Shown: piece after piece, positions 8,472-14,208 of the stretch
Position numbering within the stretch: the stretch's first letter is position 1
Layout of the letters: the number at the start of each line of letters is the position of its first letter
Source: Thermoproteota archaeon
GTDB taxonomy: Archaea; Korarchaeota; JAOZGF01; JAOZFZ01
Assembly (NCBI GenBank): GCA_027491455.1
Contig: JAOZFL010000100.1
Coordinates: 1-14,624, forward strand
Direction of reading: 5' to 3'
DNA length: 14,624 nucleotides
The notes under the pieces: model-generated
Database searches by the model: none
What the model was told of the DNA's origin: nothing
What the model saw: only the letters and a program-made list of their open reading frames with translations
Translations under genes and position numbers: made by a program

Positions 8472-8592
8472 AGGATGAAGGAGATGTGAACTCCTCAAAC
8501 CAGCTAATAAAGGCTGAAACGCAACGCGGTAAAGACAGGGTGAACGCTGAGAGCACCGACCTTAGTCAAGGAATGCCTCACATTTAAGGTTG

Positions 8593-10095
8593 ATGTCTTT
8601 GCTGATGGAAGAGGAAAAAAGTTTAGCAAAGAAATTTGTGAAGAAGTTCGCCGAAAAGGGGGTTCTAGTCACCCCTGAAGCGATTGAAATGTTTCTGGAA
8701 ATAAATGATGGTGAAAGTTTCTTTGAGGAAATTGAAAAAATCATCAGCGAAGATAAAATTACTGTTTTAACTGTTGAAATTATGGAAAAGGCGTTAAAAG
8801 AGGTTAGAAATACTGTTTCAAAAGATTACTATTTCCCTGAGGACCGTATGAAAGAAATACCTGCAAAGGACTGGCAGGGGAAAATAGAAGTGGAAATGGA
8901 TCCAACTGATTACATAGACACAGGTGAAAAAGCCAAAGATTTTCTCAGGACGTTTAGAGACAGGTATTTAAAACTTAAAAAAATGTTACAAGCAAAAAGA
9001 GAACTCAGAAGGGTTGAGCCAATAGAAAACATTACAAGGACTCTAAAAGGCGAAGAGGTATGTATCATAGGCATGGTTTACTCGAAAAGGAAAAGCATCA
9101 AAGGAAATTACTTGTTGGAGGTAGAGGATTTAACTGGGAGATGTAGAGTTATAGTGCCTGGAAGAGACCCTGATGCGAGTTACATTGTTTTAGACCAAGT
9201 TCTAGGTTTCAGAGGGGTTGTTCTCGACAGCAAAACCCTTTACTCGAGAAAAATATTTTTCCCTGATATTTCCAAGCCTAAACCAGTGAAAACAAAAGAA
9301 CCTATTTGCATGGTTTTCACCTCTGACTTACACCTAGGAAGTAAGGCTTTCATGAAAAACACATTCGAGAAGTTCCTAGATTGGCTGAACATGAAAAGAT
9401 GTGCTGAGAATGAAAGGAAAATAATCTCAAGGATAAAATACTTATTGATAGCAGGGGACCTCGTTGACGGAGTAGGAGTTTACCCTGCACAGGAAAGAGA
9501 ACTTGAAGAAAAGAACATAGACAAGCAATATAAGATGTTTATTGAGTATATGAAGCGGGTGCCTGAATATATAGAGTTGATAATGATCCCCGGCAACCAT
9601 GACGCTACTAGGCTTTCAGAACCTCAACCCTCGGTTCCGAATGAATATATAGAGGCGCTTAAAGAGGAAAGAAATATATACTCGCTTGGGAACCCTTCAT
9701 TCATGAAGATAGATGGTTACAGAGTGCTCATTTATCACGGTAAAAGCCTTGACAATTGGAACATGATCCTTCCAAGAGAAAGAAGAGGAAGACCGGAAGA
9801 AGCTATGCAAGAGATGCTAAGGAGCAGACATCTCTCCCTAATGTACGGGCAAAATGTTCCATTGGCTCCGGAGCCAAAGGACATGCTTGTGATCGAGAAG
9901 GTCCCTCACATACTGCACATTGGACATTTACATGTGGCAGGAGAAAAGGTTTATCGAGGGATTTACTGTTTCAGCGCTGGAGGATGGCAGGAAAGAACTG
10001 CTTACCAGGTTGAAATGAACATTCACCCAACTCCTGGAATAATATCTATTTTTGACATGAAGAGGCATGTAGTTTTGAAGAAGAACTTTGCTTAA
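8593..10095 (+). CDS. polB: DNA polymerase D (Pol II) small subunit DP1, Mre11-like 3'-5' exonuclease subunit
   Basis: About 500 aa. There is an N-terminal helical domain, a central OB-fold region (VCIIGMVYSKRKSIKGNYLLEVEDLTGRCRVIV) and a complete calcineurin-like phosphoesterase motif set. The phosphoesterase motifs are VFTSDLHLGS, IAGDLVDG, IPGNHD, LIYHGKS and IGHLH. The track ORF begins at TTG 8590; ATG at 8593 is the next codon. Confidence 0.9.
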   Translation: MSLLMEEEKSLAKKFVKKFAEKGVLVTPEAIEMFLEINDGESFFEEIEKIISEDKITVLTVEIMEKALKEVRNTVSKDYYFPEDRMKEIPAKDWQGKIEVEMDPTDYIDTGEKAKDFLRTFRDRYLKLKKMLQAKRELRRVEPIENITRTLKGEEVCIIGMVYSKRKSIKGNYLLEVEDLTGRCRVIVPGRDPDASYIVLDQVLGFRGVVLDSKTLYSRKIFFPDISKPKPVKTKEPICMVFTSDLHLGSKAFMKNTFEKFLDWLNMKRCAENERKIISRIKYLLIAGDLVDGVGVYPAQERELEEKNIDKQYKMFIEYMKRVPEYIELIMIPGNHDATRLSEPQPSVPNEYIEALKEERNIYSLGNPSFMKIDGYRVLIYHGKSLDNWNMILPRERRGRPEEAMQEMLRSRHLSLMYGQNVPLAPEPKDMLVIEKVPHILHIGHLHVAGEKVYRGIYCFSAGGWQERTAYQVEMNIHPTPGIISIFDMKRHVVLKKNFA

Positions 10096-10373
10096 GGATA
10101 AATTGAGGATGTTTTTATGCTGCAGCTTTGACACTCTCCACAACTTGAAGTGGGGAGATTCTTGTTTCTAAGATGTCTATCGGTTGGTTGTTCATTGCCC
10201 TTTAAGGTTTCCACTATGTACTCTATATGGGTATCTGAAAAGGAATAAGGTTGAAAACACCTGAAAGTTATGGTTGAAGAGTCACACAACCACTTACCAG
10301 AGGAGAGGCCGCCTGAGAGGAGTTTATTCAAGGGTTAAACATTTTTCGCTGAGCTTAGGGGTACAACTCTTCG

Positions 10374-10719
10374 ATGATAGCTGTGGACCAACAGCCTTCA
10401 ATGCTAAGCTATGTTTTAGCTAATACACCAATAAAATTCTTTTTCATCCTTAAAACTGGCGAAGCATTTGCTTTAATCACCAGTAGGTTTTGCGCTTCAT
10501 CTGTAAGGTTTAAGGATGTTAAGGATGAAGCCGAAGCCTTCCTATAGGACATCCTTGAAAAATCAAGGGTTCACTGCAAACCACTAACCCTTAGAAACAT
10601 TTCAAACTGGACTTCAAAACCTGAAGGAGAAGTGTTAAAAATTTTAATGGAACTTGAGAAGAGAAAGTGTGGTGAAATCTTTCAGATAACAGGCAACACG
10701 GTGTTCAAGGTGAAAAAAT
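10374..10719 (+). pseudogene. Small ORF (about 114 codons) interrupted by one in-frame TAG; the C-terminal half is winged-helix-like
   Basis: I translated this by hand in one frame. ATG 10374 gives MIAVDQQPSMLSYVLANTPIKFFFILKTGEAFALITSRFCASSVRFKDVKDEAEAFL, then TAG at 10545-10547. The frame continues DILEKSRVHCKPLTLRNISNWTSKPEGEVLKILMELEKRKCGEIFQITGNTVFKVKK to a stop at 10717-10719. Each half is under 60 aa, so neither appears in the ORF track. The downstream half has no ATG/GTG/TTG start until 28 codons in. Confidence 0.3.
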
Positions 10720-10903
10720 GAATATTTAAAACAAAAATATCCACACCCTTTAAACTCTCTTCTTCTATAAATTAAGAAAGCTGTAATTTTCCTGAACTTG
10801 GGCGATAAAAAAAGCCCTTACAAAGAGAAGGAATATGGAAAAAGTTACTTGACCAAATATAAAAAGAATAGCTCCGGCCGGATTCGAACCGGCGTCCCAG
10901 GAT

Positions 10904-10923
10904 TTCTCTAAGACTTTTTCTTT
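10904..10923 (-). other. tRNA-Gln intron 2 (20 nt, canonical 37/38 position)
   Basis: Twenty-seven nt lie between the anticodon stem strands CAGGA and TCCTG. Seven form the loop CUUUGGA, leaving a 20-nt A-rich insertion after G37. Confidence 0.75.
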
Positions 10924-10939
10924 CCAAAGTCCTGGATCC

Positions 10940-10954
10940 CTAGCCCTTAGATGT
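10940..10954 (-). other. tRNA-Gln intron 1 (about 15 nt, non-canonical, between D loop and 3' strand of D stem)
   Basis: Sixteen nt lie between the apparent D arm and the anticodon stem, where 1 nt is expected. Removing ACATCTAAGGGCTAG also replaces a mismatched D stem (GTCT/ACAT) with a good one (GTCT/GGAT). Exact boundaries are ambiguous by 1-2 nt. Confidence 0.6.
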
Positions 10955-11320
10955 TTGGCCACTAGACCACGGAGCTTTTATTGGGTTTCAATTTATTCCT
11001 CTATTAGTTTCTATGTAGTTTTTGGTTTTTAAGTTTTTTCCCATGTAACATATTCCGTATTGTTACTATTTCTTTTCCCGGTTAGGGCCTTAGTTGCTGA
11101 ACAAGTAACAGTTGAACTATGCTTCTCAAGTGAGGGTGTCTAGGGAGCTTTAAGAGAAGCTGATGGAGTATTAGTTAGAGGGAGTTGGGGTAGGCTCCGC
11201 GGTTCAATCTCAATTTATATTTGGATTTGAAGAAAAATTTAAAAAATGAAGGGACAAGGAAACAAATTGAGATAAATTTTTGAATATACTTTCACTGAGG
11301 GGCCGTGGCCTAGTCAGGTA

Positions 11321-11346
11321 GAAACATACATTGATTTTGTTGCCTT
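11321..11346 (+). other. tRNA-Trp intron 1 (26 nt, D-arm, about position 21/22-22/23)
   Basis: GAAACATACATTGATTTTGTTGCCTT separates the D loop AGTCAGGTA from GGGC, the only nearby sequence able to pair with D-stem strand GCCT. The boundary is ambiguous by 1 nt because of flanking G residues. Confidence 0.65.
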
Positions 11347-11362
11347 GGGCGGCGGGCTCCAG

Positions 11363-11420
11363 TTCGCACTGGTGCGATGACACTCCTTGGAGGGAGCTGA
11401 ATGATTGGAAAAGAGGTGGC
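11363..11420 (+). other. tRNA-Trp intron 2 (58 nt, canonical 37/38), with box C/D-like elements
   Basis: The insertion lies between CUCCAG and A38-CCCGU. It contains GCGATGA (11374-11380), CTGA (11397-11400) and ATGATT (11401-11406). It also has a 5' hairpin, TCGCA-CTGG-TGCGA. Confidence 0.7.
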
Positions 11421-11442
11421 ACCCGTAGGTCGTGGGTTCAAA

Positions 11443-11473
11443 ACTCGTAAATGCATTTCGTTATGGGTGAAAG
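11443..11473 (+). other. tRNA-Trp intron 3 (31 nt, inside the T loop, about 59/60)
   Basis: Thirty-eight nt lie between T-stem strands GTGGG and CCCAC. TTCAAA...T supplies the 7-nt T loop. Placement can slide within the A run. Confidence 0.6.
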
Positions 11474-11487
11474 TCCCACCGGCCCCA

Positions 11488-11508
11488 CTCCTTTTTTCTA
11501 GGTTTTTA
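11488..11508 (+). terminator. Oligo-T termination signal after tRNA-Trp
   Basis: CTCCTTTTTTCTAGGTTTTTAG gives a T6 run and a T5 run directly after the discriminator base. Archaeal RNA polymerase terminates at oligo-T tracts. Confidence 0.45.
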
Positions 11509-11552
11509 GCGTTAAACTGATACGTGTAATTGGTTGCTTAGCTTGTTTTAAG

Positions 11553-12617
11553 GTGTGTTTGTTGATTGAGATTGATGGTTCTGTGCTTGAAGGGGGTGGG
11601 CAAATTTTAAGGACATCTATAGCTCTTTCTTCGCTTCTAGAAGAACCTTTGAGGGTTTCTAACATTAGGGTTAAAAGGAAGAATCCCGGTTTAAGGCCTC
11701 AGCATTTAATGGTTTTAAGGGCTTTTGCGAGTTTAACTGGTGGCTCAGTCAGAGGGGACAAAATCGGATCTCGCTTAATAGAGTTTTTCCCGGGGAAAAG
11801 GAGGAGTGGAAGATTTAAATTTGACATTGGAACAGCTGGCAGTATCTCTTTGTTTTTACAGGCACTTCTTCCATGTTGCATTTTTGCTCCTGAACCTGTC
11901 GAGTTAACTGTTCTTGGTGGGACTAATGTGGCCTTTTCTCCTCAAATAGACTATTTGTTAAATATTTTCTGTTACTGGTTAAACAGGATAGGGATTGATC
12001 TAGAAGCTGAATTAGTTAGGAGGGGGACTTATCCACGAGGGGGTGGTGAAGTTAAAGCTAGAGTTAAACCTGTTAAGAGAATCAGGGAATTCACAATAAC
12101 GGAGCGGGGTAATGTTGAAGTTGTTAGAGGGATCTCCTGGTGTGAGAGGTTACCAAGCCATGTTGTAAAGAGGCAGGGAGAGGCTGCTATGAAGTTTCTG
12201 CTAATGAGGGGCTTTAGAAGTGTCTATATATCTTCTCAGGTAGGGAGTAGCAGTAGAAGCCCTGGCAGCGGGATAGTTTTATGGGCAGAGACCAATTCAA
12301 GTGCCAGAATAGGAGCAGATGCCCTTGGTGAAAGGGGAAAAAGAGCTGAGTTGGTGGGGGAGGAGGCATCTGGTAAACTTTTAGAGGAATTATCCTTTAA
12401 CGCCCCCCTGGACAGCCATATGGCTGACCAGATAATCCCTTTTATGGCTTTGTCCAACGGTTTCTCAAGAGTTAAAGTTACTAAGCTGACTCTCCATGTC
12501 CAGACAAACATCTACGTCACTGAAAAGATTTTAGGGGTAAAATTCTATGTGAAGGGAAAAACTCCTGCTGAAATAGGCGTTAAGGGTGTTGGTTACTCCG
12601 TTAATCAAGGTGAATAG
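11553..12617 (+). CDS. rtcA: RNA 3'-terminal phosphate cyclase
   Basis: The N-terminus IEIDGSVLEGGGQILRTSIALSSL and the segment PGLRPQHL are typical of RtcA. The adenylylated-His motif LDSHMADQIIPFMAL is also present. The start is ambiguous: GTG 11553, TTG 11559 or TTG 11562. TTG 11562 gives M-IEIDGS with AGGTG 6 nt upstream. Confidence 0.9.
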   Translation: MCLLIEIDGSVLEGGGQILRTSIALSSLLEEPLRVSNIRVKRKNPGLRPQHLMVLRAFASLTGGSVRGDKIGSRLIEFFPGKRRSGRFKFDIGTAGSISLFLQALLPCCIFAPEPVELTVLGGTNVAFSPQIDYLLNIFCYWLNRIGIDLEAELVRRGTYPRGGGEVKARVKPVKRIREFTITERGNVEVVRGISWCERLPSHVVKRQGEAAMKFLLMRGFRSVYISSQVGSSSRSPGSGIVLWAETNSSARIGADALGERGKRAELVGEEASGKLLEELSFNAPLDSHMADQIIPFMALSNGFSRVKVTKLTLHVQTNIYVTEKILGVKFYVKGKTPAEIGVKGVGYSVNQGE

Positions 12618-12926
12618 AGAGCATCTAGGTATATAAAGGCTCTGAAGGGCTTTTAAGGTCTGGTTTTATCGTTAAAAGAGACATAAAGCATCTTTGGAGT
12701 AGTTCAGCTTTCATTTTTAGCTCATGTCTAGGGGGATAGAAATTAGATCTTTAATATCTTCTAGTAACGAAATTAAAAAACACCGCCTAATCACCCAAAG
12801 GCTGTTTTCTCTATTTCCTAGTTTAATATATCTTTAAATTGATTTTGAATAGTTTTATCTGGTAGGAATGTTTTATGGTTAAATGAATAATTTTCAAATT
12901 AAGTTTCCTTTTTAGGGTGTGAAGAG

Positions 12927-14204
12927 TTGAGCTTAAAGAGTGCATCGATCTATGGAGAGGACTATGGAACATCTAAATTTAAGTTTGGCCCCATTTTCTT
13001 GGGAGACGCACCTGAAATGGTGGATAACAGAGGATATTTCCCTACACCTTCGAAGGTGCTTTCAAGGGTCAGTGGAGAAGAAGAAAGAGAAGTAGTTGTT
13101 GGACATGGGGTCTGGAGATACCTTGAGTCAAAGGAGGACCTCCTAAACCTTATTTATCCAATGAGAAACGGTGTTATTAGGAGAGGAGACGAGAAAGCTT
13201 GGAAGGTAGTAAAAGAGTTGACAAGATACGGATTGAAAAAACATGCTCCTAAAACAAGTCAACAGATATTTAGGGGTTTTTACGTTGTAGCTGCCTTGGC
13301 AGCTCAGGCTCCAAAGTACATGTATGAAAAAATCTTCGATGTTCACCAAGAAATAGATGAGGAAGAAGGAGGGGCTCTTATAAATTCAGTGACTATTATA
13401 CCTCAGCCTTTAGCTGTCGCAATTTCTCATAAAGCAGTTACATGTGTTGTCATCGAAAGCGGTCACGGAAACACCCAGATAACCCCTATAAGCAGAGGTG
13501 TAATTGAAAGGGCAATTATACCTTTGAACAGAGGGGGAAGCGATGCAAATGCGGTCACAGCGCAGATTCTCAGGGATGCAGGTTATGAAGATCTTGCGAA
13601 GGAGGAGAAATTTGTGACTAGATTTAAAGAAGCCATTGGTCTTCTCCCAATGGACTTAGATCGAGCCGTTAAAAAAGCTAAGATGGAACCTGAGCGATTC
13701 AGGGTGAAATACAGGGTTGAAGGGACAACTATTGAAGTGGACTTGGAAAAGGATTCTTGGCAGCGTTTCCTAATAGGTGAATATGTTTTTGATCCTGGAC
13801 ATGAGGTTTTTAGTTCCTATTACAGGAGAGGATTCCCTAAGCCGAGGGATACGTATATCACAGGAGAGGAAACGATTCCCGGAGCTGTTTCACTCGTGGA
13901 TGTCATAATCAGATCGGTTAGCAAATGCCCGGTTGAACTTCAGCCAGAGCTTTACAAAGACATCATTCTTTCAGGGGGAAACTTCATGTGGAAGGTTCCA
14001 AGGGGATTGGAAGATGTAGCGATTGATTCAGAGACAAAGATAAAAAAGATGTTTGAGAAGAGAGGACTGGTAGGGGTTAGGGTTAGAGCAGCCAAAAACC
14101 CCCAGTATAGTGTCTGGAGGGGCACAATAGTTTATGGCTTATACTTGCCTGAGGATGTAGTTTGGGGCTGGGGATCCATGGAAGGGTGGCTTAGGCTCCA
14201 TTAA
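12927..14204 (+). CDS. Crenactin-type archaeal actin homologue
   Basis: 425 aa, collinear with Pyrobaculum crenactin as I remember it. Matching segments include YGTSKFKFGP (phosphate-1 loop), YPMRNGVIRRGDEKAWKVVKELTRY, APKYMYEKIFDV, IIPQPLAVAI and ESGHGNTQITPIS. Further matches are LNRGGSDANAVT, FLIGEYVFDPGHE, IILSGGNFMWKVPRGLEDVAIDS and PQYSVWRGTIVYG. The start must be TTG 12927, because the next in-frame ATG would delete the phosphate-1 loop. Confidence 0.9.
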   Translation: MSLKSASIYGEDYGTSKFKFGPIFLGDAPEMVDNRGYFPTPSKVLSRVSGEEEREVVVGHGVWRYLESKEDLLNLIYPMRNGVIRRGDEKAWKVVKELTRYGLKKHAPKTSQQIFRGFYVVAALAAQAPKYMYEKIFDVHQEIDEEEGGALINSVTIIPQPLAVAISHKAVTCVVIESGHGNTQITPISRGVIERAIIPLNRGGSDANAVTAQILRDAGYEDLAKEEKFVTRFKEAIGLLPMDLDRAVKKAKMEPERFRVKYRVEGTTIEVDLEKDSWQRFLIGEYVFDPGHEVFSSYYRRGFPKPRDTYITGEETIPGAVSLVDVIIRSVSKCPVELQPELYKDIILSGGNFMWKVPRGLEDVAIDSETKIKKMFEKRGLVGVRVRAAKNPQYSVWRGTIVYGLYLPEDVVWGWGSMEGWLRLH

Positions 14205-14208
14205 AGAA

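Larger units (their letters stand above)
10869..10976 (-). tRNA. tRNA-Gln (anticodon UUG) containing two introns
   Basis: The minus strand reads AGCTCCG TG GTCT AGTGGCCAA [ACATCTAAGGGCTAG] GGAT C CAGGA CTTTGG [AAAGAAAAAGTCTTAGAGAA] A TCCTG GGAC GCCGG TTCGAAT CCGGC CGGAGCT A. The acceptor pairs 7/7, the T arm is GCCGG/CCGGC with a TTCGAAT loop, and the anticodon arm is CAGGA/TCCTG with loop CUUUGGA. Mature length is 73 nt and CCA is not encoded. A T-rich tract (TTCTTTTTATATTT) follows the 3' end. Confidence 0.85.
11299..11487 (+). tRNA. tRNA-Trp (anticodon CCA) containing three introns
   Basis: The sequence parses as GGGGCCG TG GCCT AGTCAGGTA [26 nt] GGGC G GCGGG CTCCAG [58 nt] A CCCGT AGGTC GTGGG TTCAAA [31 nt] T CCCAC CGGCCCC A. 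All four stems are complementary, with one G-U pair. Mature length is 74 nt and CCA is not encoded. ATAAATTTTT lies about 25 nt upstream, and T6 and T5 runs follow immediately downstream. Confidence 0.85.

Noticed and set aside
8470-8520. GGATGAAG ... CTGA spacing reminiscent of a box C/D sRNA; also GGATGA/AATGAG/CTGA at 8234-8328
   Set aside because: The C boxes are degenerate and lack UGAUGA. The spacing is wrong (about 45 and about 93 nt without proper internal boxes). There is no terminal stem.
8486-8587. 33-codon GTG ORF (VNSSNQLIKAETQRGKDRVNAESTDLSQGMPHI) just upstream of DP1
   Set aside because: It is too short, the GGAG lies only 2 nt from the GTG, and there is no recognisable domain. 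It cannot be distinguished from chance.
7710-8592. Possibility that the long non-coding region is a CRISPR leader/array, an IS remnant, or SRP/RNase P RNA
   Set aside because: There are no regularly spaced 24-40 nt repeats. There are no terminal inverted repeats and no transposase fragment in any frame. I could not find the conserved cores of SRP RNA helix 8 or of RNase P RNA by eye. A covariance-model scan is still needed.
2157-9000. Other shadow ORFs from the track (2157..2387 +, 4019..4321 +, 5375..5686 -, 6374..6562 +, 6468..6866 +, 7022..7204 +, 7158..7475 +, 8562..8744 -)
   Set aside because: Each lies antisense to a confidently identified gene (pelA, dnaG, map, DUF1512-like, DP1). All are S/L/F/I-rich, as expected for the reverse frame of K/E-rich genes.
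10092-10331. 79-aa minus-strand ORF (TTG start) convergent with DP1
   Set aside because: Its composition is S/C/T-rich and poor in K/E/I, unlike every confident protein in the window. It has no recognisable motif or Shine-Dalgarno site. The 10096-10373 region therefore remains unexplained rather than annotated.
10352-10410. 7-bp inverted repeat AGCTTAG/CTAAGCT enclosing GATGATA (possible K-turn or C/D sRNA)
   Set aside because: No D box (CUGA) precedes the 3' stem strand. The element also overlaps the start of the TAG-interrupted ORF, so the evidence is insufficient.
10765-10962. 65-aa minus-strand ORF from the track
   Set aside because: It overlaps most of the tRNA-Gln gene on the same strand. 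The open frame is a by-product of the tRNA and its A-rich intron, and I recognise no protein-like motif.
11185-11212. GGCTCCGCGGTTCAATCTC, resembling a tRNA T arm (possible split-tRNA half)
   Set aside because: No complementary 3' strand for the T stem and no acceptor strand follow, so it cannot form a tRNA half.
11210-11422. 70-aa minus-strand ORF from the track
   Set aside because: It lies antisense across the tRNA-Trp gene and its promoter region, so it is spurious.
11463-11478. GGGTGAAAGTCCCAC, resembling the RNase P RNA CR-I motif (GAGGAAAGUCC)
   Set aside because: It sits inside the tRNA-Trp T-loop intron and T stem. None of the other RNase P RNA conserved regions, nor a 300-nt structured context, is present.
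9756-13349. Further shadow ORFs from the track (9756..10013 +, 9928..10143 -, 11699..11881 -, 12236..12511 -, 13143..13349 -)
   Set aside because: They overlap DP1, rtcA or crenactin out of frame or antisense, and they lack motifs.
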